Below, piece by piece: positions 38,301 through 50,294 of a stretch of DNA of 64,000 nucleotides. Each line of letters starts with the position of its first letter. The stretch's first letter is position 1. The DNA lies in NCBI RefSeq assembly GCF_963676685.1, contig NC_092349.1:7874001-7938000 (forward strand), given 5' to 3'. The notes under the pieces are model-generated. The model did not search any database. It saw only the letters and a program-made list of their open reading frames with translations, and was not told where the DNA came from. Source of the DNA: Mytilus edulis (lineage: Eukaryota). The position numbers were made by a program, and so were the translations under genes.

Positions 38301-40797
38301 TTTTTTTTTTTTGGGATAATATACTTTATTGCACTCTATTGCTGTTAACAATTTACTTAGTGTACAGCATTGCACTAAGTATCCCTGATATATTAGTTAT
38401 TAGGTATACAGGGAGAATATCTAATAAAAGTAAATTGATGTTACATTACAATGTTACAATATTTTAAATGATTTCATGTTTACCGGAGAATATTTCACTT
38501 CCGTCCGATAGTGTTTTTTAATATTAGATAAATGTGCATCGTTTTGCCATCATCATCTTTGTGATTTGGATAAATTTAATTCACAATACTTAGACAGTTT
38601 GTCTAATTTAAAAGGTAAGTTGATCATAATTTTCGTGATGTTTTGAATCATAATAAAAGTGCAACTGTTAACTTATTTGAAACCTGTTGTATTTTAGACT
38701 GATGTATCTAAACTACTCGGGTAAACATGATTATACACGACATCAGAGTGCACTACACATAGTTGTCAAAGATAAACACATAAGGTATAAAGTAAAAAAA
38801 GAAGACAAAAAAGTGTGTATTATACAATATTGAATGATACATTATTATCTTTTTTTTAACACGTGGTATTAAAGTACATTAATGTCACCTGACATGCTCA
38901 AGTCATGTGACTTAATACTTGGGTCATGTGATCTCAGGGATATTTGTACAAATCCTTGTTATTATTTATGATCATTTATGTAGTTTAGGGTTTTTAAAAT
39001 CAATTTACTGGTTTTTCTTTTAATTATATTATTGATTTCAACTATAGATTTTATTTCTGCCTTGAATATTTTAAAGATATCTACTTTTGTTCTTCTTGAG
39101 TCAGAGATGTAATATGATTTGTAGATAGAAAAAAATATTACAGTCAAAAGAAAGTTAATTTCATAGTAAGCTTCATCATTTATTTTATATCCTACTACAA
39201 GATTTTCTATATTAAGAATACTTTCATTGAAACCTATAAATTTAAGAAGGTTGGATATTTTTGATAAAAAATTGCTGTTGTAACTGCAAGAAAAAAAAAG
39301 ATGTTCATAATCTTCTTTTATACTGCAATGATTACATTTATTATTTGTGAGTATTTTCCATTTAACTAATAAATCATTGCATGGAAGTATAAAGTGAATT
39401 AATTTCCATCTAAACATTTTCAATTTATTGTCAGGTAAGTAGTTAAGAATGAAGTTGAAACAATTTTCTAGTTTGAAGTACAGGTTTTTGGCAAACATTT
39501 TTTCCCACATTATAACTCCTATAGGTTTGTCCAGTTTGTTTTCATTTATAATAATGTTATAAATTTGTTTTGTACTCATTTTAGAATTGATTTCTTGATT
39601 AAGCATGATTTTTAGACTATTTATAGTATTATGAATATTAACTTTAGTTTTAATTGAATTATCTTGATTTATTATTGTAAGCCATTGATTTGGTATAGCT
39701 TTTTTAATGCAAGATATCTGCCTGATCCAATCTTGTTTGTTTTTTAGTTTAGAAAGTATATATGTTTCTGAAATTTGACCTCTATCATCTATAATATCAT
39801 TTATGAAATACAAATTGCTTTTTACCCACTCTTCAAAGAATAAACATTTTCCATTTAGTCTGAGAAAGTTATTTCCCCATAGAAATTGTTTTCTTATTTG
39901 TAGAAAGTCATGTGGGTATGATGACCCACCTCCTTTAACACTAATCCAAGTTTTAATTAATTCTTGGTAAAATTCTGGAACACTCTTGAAAATTGATTTA
40001 TCTAGATCATTTATATTTCTCAGATTCATTAGAAATATTATCAAGTTATTACCAAATTTATTTAAATAATATCTTGGTATAACTGTCCAATTGTCTGTTT
40101 CAGTATTAAATAATTTTGTTATCCAGCCTATGTGTATGGATTTTATAAAATTATCGATGTCTATCATTTTAAGTCCCCCTTTTTTGTACTCTGTTGAAAG
40201 AGTTGATCTTTTAATTTTGTCTCTTTTACCATTCCATATAAAATTATATATGAGGGTTTTAAATTTTTGTAGCGAATCTTTTGGTATTACAGTATTTGAT
40301 GCTATATATGTTAAGTTTGGTAGAATTAAAGATTTAGTTACTACTATTCTTCCTAATATACTTAGTTTTCTTTTCTTCCAGTTAGCTATTATTTTTTCAC
40401 ATTTCAATATTTGTTTTTCAATATTAAGATTTTGACATTCTAATCTGTTGTGTCCAAAATAAATTCCTAAACTTTTGATAGGTTTATCACTCCAATTAAT
40501 ATTCTCATATTTTTCTTTGCAGTGCTTTAATTTGCCAAGCCATATTCCTTCAGTTTTAGTTCTATTAAGTTTAAGACCAGAAAAGTTACCAAATGTTTCA
40601 ATTAAATTTAATGCAATTGTAATGTCCTGTTTAGAATGTAGGAACAGAGTGGTATCGTCTGCTAGTTGACATATTTTTAGTGTATTGGTGCTGCTTTCTA
40701 GCTTAATTTCTAATTCTTTAATATTTTTATTTTCTCTAATTTTTATAGCCATTATTTCTACGGCAAGAACAAAAAGTAACGAAGAAAGCGGACAGCC
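38301..40797 (-). mobile_element. Young 5'-truncated L1/Tx1-clade non-LTR retrotransposon
   Basis: Poly(A) tail (T run ~38300-38312) with AATAAA just upstream on -. A 16-bp TSD ttggtcaaaaggttgt lies at 38285-38300 and 40798-40813. The truncation falls in the RT motif QGCPLS. Confidence 0.93.
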
Positions 40798-40800
40798 TTG
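38962..40800 (-). CDS. L1/Tx1 ORF2 C-terminal part (RT 3' half plus CCHC zinc finger), uninterrupted, no native start
   Basis: QGCPLSSLLFVLAVEIMA...QLADDTT...SGLKLNRTKTE...GGL...CNHCSIKEDYEHLFFSC, open for more than 600 codons. Confidence 0.9.
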   Translation of the reverse strand, partial: QGCPLSSLLFVLAVEIMAIKIRENKNIKELEIKLESSTNTLKICQLADDTTLFLHSKQDITIALNLIETFGNFSGLKLNRTKTEGIWLGKLKHCKEKYENINWSDKPIKSLGIYFGHNRLECQNLNIEKQILKCEKIIANWKKRKLSILGRIVVTKSLILPNLTYIASNTVIPKDSLQKFKTLIYNFIWNGKRDKIKRSTLSTEYKKGGLKMIDIDNFIKSIHIGWITKLFNTETDNWTVIPRYYLNKFGNNLIIFLMNLRNINDLDKSIFKSVPEFYQELIKTWISVKGGGSSYPHDFLQIRKQFLWGNNFLRLNGKCLFFEEWVKSNLYFINDIIDDRGQISETYILSKLKNKQDWIRQISCIKKAIPNQWLTIINQDNSIKTKVNIHNTINSLKIMLNQEINSKMSTKQIYNIIINENKLDKPIGVIMWEKMFAKNLYFKLENCFNFILNYLPDNKLKMFRWKLIHFILPCNDLLVKWKILTNNKCNHCSIKEDYEHLFFSCSYNSNFLSKISNLLKFIGFNESILNIENLVVGYKINDEAYYEINFLLTVIFFSIYKSYYISDSRRTKVDIFKIFKAEIKSIVEINNIIKRKTSKLILKTLNYINDHK

Positions 40801-42334
40801 GTCAAAAGGTTGTAAAATAAAATGTTATTCTATATGCATGTTCTTTTTTAATTGAAGAATACTAGATATTTATCTATATACACTGATGAAGACATAACTC
40901 GTTACATTAAATGGAATCTTTTAGCAAAAGGACCGTAAAGGATCGTGAAATAAGAAATACATTCAAGGAAATATTGAGTTCACCTTTATGAGACAGTAGC
41001 AGTCTTTAGTTTAGAAATTTGTTATTACAATCTGGTTAGTTTGTTTTAGATAGGCAGACCTCGTTGGTTATCAAACAATATAAATTTTCATCATTAGACA
41101 GGCGTATGCACCATTTGTTAACGCTGGATTTGCCTTAATGTTTGATTACAGATTCACCAGAATATATCTAATTTTGGTATTTATCAAACAAATTGAACGA
41201 AGAAAAATTATAGAAAAGTCGAACTTTCTGATCGTTACCATGTTTACTAATAAACTTACCGTGTCACTTTTCAAGGCTTTTACTCTGTACCGTGTTTGTC
41301 GTCTCAGGCGATTATGTAATTTTCTGCCGAGCGAATCGAGCCAGTCGAAGGCATCATTCCTTAAATTTATTGAGCATTTATTGGTGTATATATGTTCCCA
41401 AAAACTTTCTAAACAGGTCTTTTGAATATCATATTGAGTGATGTTCTTATCAGCTTTTTCCAAGTAGCATTCTGCTAACCTTGGTGGAAACACATCTTCC
41501 ATAATAAGCGCTGACGCCGGTATAAGAGCCAGCAAAAGTAAATAAGACGTCATTGTCTGTAAAACATAAACAATACCTAAAAGACGAAGATCAGTTTGGC
41601 AGTATTTGTTATTAAAAATGTGGTATAATAATTTAAATGTTCAGGTTAGTTTCGTTACTTATAGTGGACAACTATTTATTACTAAGACTTGATGAAGTTC
41701 ACTGACAGTAGGTTTTGTTACGCCTAGGCTTGAGAACTTGGAAGACAAATGCTCACAATAATCTTAGCAGATACAGTTTATTGGATATTCTCTTTTACAT
41801 CATACACCACTGTGGTGCATCCACGAAAGACGGCTACTACAGGTCATACAATATATATTTACATTCCTAACGACTGCATGTTCAAAATGTAGTATAGAGC
41901 AGGGTATATATTCATATTACATTAAGATATCCTGGAACTCAAATGCAGTGTTATACTTGTCATGCTGTTTTGACAATGACTTTGAAAAAGAACTTTCTTA
42001 ATACATGATATATTCAAATAATGGAGAAATCAGATTAAGAAGACCCTATATATAATATCAAAATAAGATGATTGCCAATGAGACAACTATCTACCACCAT
42101 TCTCATAAAGTGGATGTAAGTAACAAGTGGCATCCGTACGGCATTTAACAAATAGACAAACCCATACCATAACGTCAACTATAATGTAGGTTACATAAAT
42201 TGTGTTTCTATTCACATGATTTACAAATAGTCGAGTGCTCTATTTTTTTAGTAATTAAATTATTGGTAAAGATATTTAAGTTGATATTTACCTTATATGT
42301 TTAAAACAGAAGAAAATGTATTTATAAGTACTTT

Positions 42335-42392
42335 ACCTTACTTCCAGGTTATAAAACTAATTAAGACAACGCTGATTTCAACAATTTATATA
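42335..42392 (-). promoter_or_regulatory. Putative TATA box, initiator and short non-coding first exon of the tyrosinase-like gene
   Basis: Minus strand TATAAAT at 42390-42384 and Inr-like TTAGTT at 42360-42355 (A is 32 nt downstream). Donors GTAAGG/GTAAAG lie at ~42341-42331, with a matching acceptor ttttacag ending at 41557, 3 nt before the ATG. Confidence 0.6.
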
Positions 42393-42517
42393 CCAAAAGC
42401 TAAATTAAATGACGGTGGTACATGTATTAAATCTAATTGACTAATTAAACAGTGAGTATATTCTTGGAAAACATATGTGTTTTGTAACGTAAATTGATTT
42501 CATGCTTATACTTAATA

Positions 42518-44261
42518 TACAGAACCGCTAAAGAAACGTCGTATTTTTCGAAAACTGAAATTTTCAAATACTGTGGATTCATTATTATTCGTTGGATACA
42601 AATTTTCGTGGCTTTCGAGGGTATAAGTGAACCACGAATTCAAATGTTCAACGAATTACAAATTTTCTATAGGCTTTGTGTGCAGAGATCGGTAAAACCA
42701 CGAAATCAAATATCCTCAAGGTTTCCCCAATCCACTAAAATTGATACCAACGGGAAAAAATGAGTCCACAGTACATTGAAAAAAAATGTTTATTTATTTC
42801 AGTTTAGGTAAATTACCTTCAAATGATTTTAAGATTATGGTTAAATCTCCGTTACGGCTGACAGCGTTCATTAATTTGGTCGTCCTAATATTGGTTTTGC
42901 TGGGTTTGTGGGACACGTTTCGTAGTCAAATTTCGTGATGATAAGATGCTCGTTGAATCCATGCCTCTATAAGGGTATTTAAGAGGTGCAAAGATTTTGT
43001 GTCATCATAATCTGTTGGATGCAGTACTAATGACACGACTGAAACCCACGACAAAGAGAACAGGTAATAGAACGTTTGAATGCTAGACAGTGACCTCAAG
43101 GCGTTGCAAATGCATTTAACTGCAATATACTCACCATTTAACGTCATCGTGAACGCTACAATGCAACAAACAGTATATATGACCGTCCACGTACTGCTCG
43201 TCCTAGTGTAACAACATTGCGTCAGGATAGCTACATCTTACGACATCATCTGCAGAACCGGTTCCTCTGTGCAACTCATACTGCTTGTCGACAATATTAA
43301 TGAACCAGAGACCAATTAGTCGGCGTCGATTAAAATCTCGTAACCTGAGTTGTCGTCGTCCTGCCAGAGGACCTATTCTCACACCACGTCATCGCCGTGA
43401 ACGACTGCAGTGGACCACCCAGCGACAAAATTGGACACATCAGCAGTGAAAAACGGTTATCTTTTCAGACAAAAGCCGGTACTGCATTTCAAATGCAGAT
43501 AGCATGACACGGAACTGGAGAAGACAGGGCGAAAGATATGCAGATAGCTGTATGATGCAAAGAGAACCATGTAGATGTCCAAGCATTATGGAATGGGCGG
43601 AATAGGCTTGACCAATACATTAGGGACTGTTGTCTTTCAGAATTTTTGAGCAGGTAGAGCATGTAGAGGAAATGGTGTTCATGCAGCCCGGTATACCGAT
43701 CAAGTTATGCGACCACATGTTGTGCCACATTTTGCGCACTGTCAAAACAACCCTGCACAGCTTGAATATGCAATTGCGCATACTGCAAGAGCTACAAGGG
43801 ACTTTCTACAGCAATACAACATTACAATTATGCCTAGGCATGCTCTTAGTCTGGACTTCAGATTCATAGAACATATCTGGGACGAAATTCACAGAAAACT
43901 GAATGGCGTCCATCAAAGTTCGACAACTGCTGTGAAACTACAGGCATCTCTTTTCTGCAGGTATGGGCTAGCATTCCTATGCACTTTATCAACCGTCTAA
44001 TTCATTCCATGTACATGAAATATCAGCCCATAATGAACGCTAGTTGGGGATACACACGCTACTGACTGATGACCTGTATTAATAAATCCTGTGATATGGT
44101 GGTGGAAAACTTTATTAATGAACAGTTAATGAACTGCAATGATGTGATTTGGTTAAAAAAAACAAGGGTATTTATACGCCCATTCAATAATAAAAATACT
44201 ATTTATTCTTTCATCATTTTTGCATAAAATTCGTCTTCGACGTTTCTTTTGCGGTTCAGTA
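42518..44261 (+). mobile_element. Tc1-like transposon relic
   Basis: TIRs tacagaaccgctaaagaaacgtcg and cgacgtttcttttgcggttcagta with TA flanks. The broken transposase shows DRPRTARPSVTT, VIFSDKSRY, AHTARATRDFL and IEHIWDE. Confidence 0.88.
42571..42771. mobile_element. 201-bp Tc1/mariner-type MITE nested in the Tc1 relic
   Basis: TA|ctgtggattcatt ... aatgagtccacag|TA. Confidence 0.8.
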
Positions 44262-45145
44262 TATATAGTTCTAGTACTAATAAAAAGTACCAGCAATATT
44301 ATTATATAACCCGGACACCGAATTGGAAGAAAACAAGGTTTTGATTTATGACAAAAATAACATATTATTAAATATTTTTATATATACAGTTTTGATCATG
44401 GAACCGGTATCTTTTCTATAATCTGGAGCATTTCAATATTAAACCAGTTCCTAGAAAGTTAGGGTTAAACCACAAGACTGAAAAAGAATGATTCAAGAAT
44501 TTCATCAAGGATGTCCAATTATGTGAAAATTTCGGAGAATTCATGACTATGTTTAGAAAACCGTGACATGTTTGCGTGCAGTTTATTTGTATACTTAAAG
44601 TTGGTACTCCTCGTAAATATTCGGCATGTTATGATATTCACGCACATAGTTAAGCAAATACGAGAGACAATTCTAGAGTTAAATTAGTTTTGTGGGTACC
44701 ATTTTCTCCTTGTAGTCCCCGTTACTTTTATGACCAGTTGTTTCGCTCTACAATTTGGTTATTTTTTCTATATTGCACATAAAACCAGAAATGTTTGAAA
44801 AAGTAATTAAGCTTTAAATAACAACTACATACATCTTTGAAAAAGGATATGGTTATTGGGGTTAAATCATTTTTACTGTGACTTCTGATGAAAATTTATC
44901 ATTTCATAAATTTTCGTTCAAATTATCTTTCAGGTGACTGTTGCAATGCATTAAACAATTTGTTCTGGTATCCAGTAGTAAAGAAAATTGGTATGCGACT
45001 TCTAATCACTGCTTAAATGAAATGATGAAAAAAGACGATGTGTGGTTCAGTGGCAAGATAATTTTCAGCATTTAAAGAATTCTATTATAGAGATTAGATG
45101 GATTACTTATTATTTTTATCATGCAAAGTGACATATATTCAGCTG

Positions 45146-45171
<26 letters not shown>
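45146..45171. repeat. (TA)n microsatellite at a Tc1 insertion site
   Basis: About 13 TA units. Confidence 0.9.
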
Positions 45172-45174
<3 letters not shown>

Positions 45175-45176
<2 letters not shown>

Positions 45177-47181
45177 CTCTGCAAAAATAGAAACTCATAA
45201 TAAATTTTTAAGAATTTTAATACATGTATTTTGATGGTAAAATTTTACAATTACTACTAATAAAGATATTCAATTAAAACGTGATTGATTGAGGAGAGGA
45301 CAGTCAGTTCCTTCGAGATTAATGAACAAAAGGCAATTTGTCATAGTTACGGTAACGTCCGATGACGTTTATAAAAGTACCGTGTATGAACAACTATCGA
45401 TGCCTATACACATATCCTCGAAACAGATCTAGATGCTATCAGTTTTCTAATGTTAGTGCATGGAATCGCTCGCCTTTCCTGTGGCAACATTTGTGTGAGC
45501 TGATCATGGGTCTGATGCTGAGGTAGACGCTAGTGCACACGTTTATCAAGTTGGTCCCATATATATTCAATAGGATTCAAGTCCGGTGATTTGGGTGGGT
45601 AATGTAGCGCATTGGTTTTTTTCTGCTTAGAGTACCTCATTGTTAAACGCCCTGCCTGAGGCCTAGTATTTTTTTTCTGAAACAACTCCTTGTGTCTGTC
45701 AAATAGATGCATAATGTTGAAGGTTAAAAACTTTCTCTTCTGTACCTTTGAGCCATTAAATTATACGGCACATGTACCAATTCCATTTCACCACCGTTAT
45801 AGTTAGCCTCCAATATCATGACACTTCCAACGATTCGGAAGCTGTCCACTTCATGGACACACGAGGAAGCAAAACGTTCATACATGCACCGGAATACACG
45901 AGTTCTTTCGTCATGTTTCTGAAGTATAAAAAGGGAACTCATCATTGAAGCGAATTTTGTGCCATTTGCGCAATGTCCACTTCCTCTATCTGTTGTAAAC
46001 AGTTATCAGAGGTACCGGGGTAATAATTTAATACGCCAGACGTGCGTTTCGTCTACTAAAGACTCATCAGTGACGCTCAGATCAAAATAGTTATAAAGCA
46101 AAACAAGTAAAAAGTTGAAGAGCGTTGAAGACCAAAATTTAAAAAAAAAATGTGTCTAATACGGCTGAGGTAATCTATTCCTGGGATAAGAACATCCTTA
46201 CTTTTTACGAAAAGTTTAAAGTTTTGTAGCATGAAATTTATAATTATGACCATATAATTGATGTTCATGTCAAATCGGACTATAATTCGTCTGTTTAACG
46301 GCCACATAACGGGTGCATAACACGGCCTCCTGTATATAATGTCATGTTGTCGCAGTCGATTGCGAACTGATAGTGAGCTGATTTTTTTAATTTCTGGTAT
46401 CCCAACTTCAGTTTCTGTTGCGGCAATTATTCTATTCTGTAAACTAAAAACCCGTATGTAACGATTTTGTCCAGGATTTGTAAGGAGAGATTGAACTCTC
46501 CTCGGGTGGTCCTCAGTACAGCTATTTTGCTTGTATTTGTTCCAAAATTGCGAAATTGTGCTCTGGTTTACAATTTCAGTTATTGATACTTCACTTTGGG
46601 ACACTCCGGTCTAGAGACTGTCGATGTTATTATTTCAAATAGCAGTGTAAAACCTTGAAATGGCAGCGTTTTAACGTTGTGGTGAATTAAATCTTCAAAC
46701 ATGGTCCTGATGTGCGCAAATTTAAACAGTGCTATCAATTTTCTAATGATAGTGCGACGTGTGTCACATGCGGAGCACCTGAGACCAACTCCAGTTTTTG
46801 GTGCGGTTCGTGTTGCTTAGTCTTTAGTTTGCATATTTTTTCTTCTGTACTATTATTTGTCTGTTTGTCTTTTTATTTTTAGCCATGGTGTTGGCAGTTT
46901 ATTTTCAATCTATGAATTTGACTATTCCTCTGGTATCATCCCTCTTTTGAGTTGACCTCACAATTCTTGTGAAAAAAACGATAGCAAACTTTTGCTGCGA
47001 AAAAGGTCATATGAACTCTGAGTCGCAAATTTAAAATTTTAAATAACGAGCATTTACATTTTTTTCACTTACCTGTAAAAATTTGAAGATGCAATTGTCC
47101 GTTTCATTTTACCTTGTAAAATCTATATTTTGCATTTTGAATTTTGAAAAAACATCTGTTGTATGCATTTTTTTAACAGTA
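45175..47181 (-). mobile_element. Second Tc1-like transposon relic
   Basis: Transposase pieces SQFWNKYKQ...DHPRR, RVFRCMYERFASSCVHEVDSF and SPDLNPIEYIWDQLD, with degenerate tact...agta ends. It is interrupted at ~46000-46275 and ~46765-46950. Confidence 0.8.
46033..46076 (-). ncRNA. Type I hammerhead ribozyme in a retrozyme-type repeat (~46000-46275)
   Basis: Minus strand GCGUCA-CUGAUGA-GUCU uuagu AGAC-GAAAC-gcac-GUC^UGGCGU. The core is intact but the loop III palindrome is broken. Confidence 0.85.
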
Positions 47182-48649
47182 TATTTTTAATTGAAACATA
47201 TTAATTATAAAAGAGTCTGTACAAAATGAATATAGGGCATTTAACTGCAACTAGATTTTGATGGCATGATAGATTGGGGAGAAATGTTGTCTTGAAACAT
47301 GGTATCTATCTAAATAGACATTTTACCTTTGCCATACAAACAAATAGCATTGGCTCCTGGTCCAACCACTGTCTGTGTCAGTGTCGCGCAGTGAGCTTTT
47401 ATCACAGGCTATTCAAACAGCATGATGGTTAATTACTCTTGAATGCGCGGCTCATGTATATAAATAAGCCAAATAAAACAGAGTGCTGTATTGTGCAATA
47501 TTGCAAGATGCTGAAGAAAAAATTCTGAAGTGTGTTAACCCTTCTGTGTCATTTGGTATTTTGTAAAGAGTTGTATCATTGGCAATCATACCACTGCATA
47601 CCATATCTTCATTTTTATAACCTATTCACGAGAAACAATTTATAAGCATTTCAAAAAAATAGTTAGCTTATTATGTATGTATAAGTACATTAAACAAGTA
47701 AAATTGTTGGGCATAATACTTCATTCTTTATGATAAAATTTATATATGTCAATTGTATAAGATATACCCTATTTTCTCATTCTGCCTCGATAATACATTT
47801 TAACAGAAAGTGTAGCCATATAACAACATAACCATGAAATCTGAAACCATAATTAGGTCACATTATGTAAATCAATTATAAAATGTGTCTATTAAAGTCT
47901 TTAAGTTAACTGGCTATCCTGCAATAAAAGATAACATAAGCATTTTTTTCTTTGTCATGTAGTATATACTTTTATATGACTTTTATGTTTTGTTTTGGAA
48001 CAAAGAGTTTGAGAATATTTGGAGAATTATAAAATTAGTTGGAAAATGTTTAGTTGACTTGTTCAAATGTTTCAGATGATAGTTTTATTATAAGCATAAG
48101 GTTAGGGTTTTTATTGTTTTTGACAGACCCTTGATAGATTTGAAAATTTGTGTTATAATACTACTGGCTTATTCTAATGTTTGTATGCACAGCTTGTGGC
48201 ACTATTGCGTGAATTCTGTAATCACAAAATTTGACTCTATTGCAGGGGCTTTGGGTTTTGTTTTGGCACATTATTGGACAATGTTGCATGAATTTGCTTT
48301 ATAACGAAATGTAATCAAATTCGTTGTATTGTGTTGCGTTATAAAGTACGGTCCACTTTTGGAAGTTGTGTGCCGAAAACCTTTATGGTTTCTCCAACAT
48401 GTTTACATGTTATTTAAATTGTAAATTATATATAATGTAATTATTCATATCGATTGGAAATATGTTATCCTATTTAGTCATGAGATTACGCATCACCGGT
48501 TATTTTATCGTCATATTTTCCGTCAATTTAATGAGCCCGGACCTGAAAGTGCTGTTAAAGTCGCCGTCATGACAATTTTGTAATTTGTCAAAACTATAAT
48601 CATGTCATTTATTTATTTATATGTCATTAAAAACACTCAATTAGTAAAA

Positions 48650-48746
48650 CTAATTACAGGTGATACAGCAATGCAGGGAACTAATTACAGTAAAAATACA
48701 GCATTACAGGGAACTAATAACAGGATAAATACAGCATTACAGGGAT
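48650..48746. repeat. ~32-bp tandem repeat x3
   Basis: aattacag...atacagcattacagggaact repeated. Confidence 0.7.
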
Positions 48747-48778
48747 CAATTGCAACAATGAAGACGAATGGAAAGGTT

Positions 48779-49607
48779 TAAGTGAATTCCAACGCATGTG
48801 TTGTATCCAATCAGAACAAAGGGATCATACAAGCTCAGATAATTGTACCTTCTCAAACAATTAAGCTCGATGAGATAAGTGTTAATTTGAAACATACAAT
48901 ACAAACAAACCTGACAAACGTCCGAGGATGTACCTTCCTCCCTGATAATAAAATGATATTTAAAAGTTTTTTTAACAACCATGTTAGCGTGTTAAAGCCA
49001 GATGGTTCAGCTGATTTTGATCTAAACACAAGAGAACATGTTTGGGACGTTGTATATATAGAAGACATTACAAATTCAAAGCAGATCAATATAATCAATG
49101 TCAAAAACAGAAATGTGAAAAACGTATTGAACGTCACTTCCGGCGATGACGGAGTACCATTCAGACATTGAAAGTTGATTTATTGTTTCGGAAAGCAGGG
49201 ACTGAAGATGATCAGTCTGAGTGATGAATCCATAACCAGTATCACCACTACTAAAATGTCAAGTCAGGCTAATGTTGATTCGAAGGACAAGTTGTTCTAT
49301 ACAAATGACGACCGTCATACTAGTCGCCTGTTGTGATTTCCAAGGTAAAACACTCTGGACATTCAGCGAACCCAGTGCACTGAAATATCAATGCAGTTTA
49401 TCAGTCGACAATAATGGGAACGTATTTGTGGCGGGAGCACATTCTCGCAATGTGATCGTTATATATATCGATGGTGACCGCTATAGACAACTACTATCGA
49501 AGAAAGATGGACTTGACTGTCCATCAGCTGTTGAGTACGTCCGAACGAACAATAAACTTTTAGTTGCTAGTTATAACGGAATCGCTTTTGTGTATGATGT
49601 AGTATGA
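48779..49607 (+). pseudogene. TRIM-like C-terminal (beta-propeller) fragment, paralogue of the gene at 10675
   Basis: QAQIIV...LTNVRGCTFLP and LWTFS...SVDNNGNVFV...RQLLSKKDGLDCPSAVEY match the first copy. It has stops and frameshifts and lacks the N-terminus. Confidence 0.85.
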
Positions 49608-50294
49608 CAGTAAACTTTTTGTAATGCTTTCTCAATTATATAACAGTCCCATAAATGAACAAAAAAGCTTATGTGAATGATGTCATATAAAAATTTGTTA
49701 TGGTTCAGTATATTTTTTTTTGTTTTAAGAGGCGGTATAGACTTTGTAACAGATTTTAGAGGGAAGTCAACAAAGGGTTCCAACACTTAAATATTGAAAA
49801 TTTTCCAAAATGTCTTATCAAACATGATAAAATCAGCTGTCTTTTTTCGCAATTATGCTTAAATTTACAGTATCCCAGATCCATATATTAAATATTAAAT
49901 GGGAATATTTCAAATACCGCTACGAAAAGTACAATAACAAAAATGCAGAACGCAAATGAAGATTAAAAGGATACTTCCCTTATCAGAATTAAGTACTGAA
50001 ACACATCAAATGAATGGAACATAACTGTCATATTCCTGACTTTGCACAGGAATTTCGATCTGTAGGAAATGGTTGATTAAACCTGGTTTGAAATTACGCT
50101 AAACCTTTCTCCTTTATTACAGCCGCAAACAATTCCATTATTGATGATATTGGAACATAACTGTTGTGAGTAAAACGAACAAAAATATTAAGTAACAACG
50201 TCAATAATTGGGTGACAGTGGTCAACATTGTTTTGCAATCTTAAACACTTCTTACATCAAGCTAGTAGAACAAAGAAAAATAAAATAACATATA

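Larger units (their letters stand above)
29989..41553 (-). pseudogene. Secreted bivalve-type tyrosinase-like gene, degenerate; coding exons 41553-41260, 36602-36490, 33180-29989
   Basis: Signal peptide MTSYLLLLALIPASA. Exon 2 reads SVSPNKYDLFALMQQGGARKSAHDGPNFVSWHRYY (CuA). Exon 3 contains VTLPYWDS and HHDSVNRWVGG...DPIFWLHHCFIDYLW (CuB), and the C-terminal domain QTDGFSYSGRHLDY...VYDSNGVMCQPSCL...YKECSG. Splice phases 0 and 2 are consistent. Frameshifts occur at ~32590, ~31757, ~31190, ~31000-30850 and ~30200. Confidence 0.88.

Noticed and set aside
40091-40669. Plus-strand ORFs within the LINE
   Set aside because: They are antisense shadows of ORF2.
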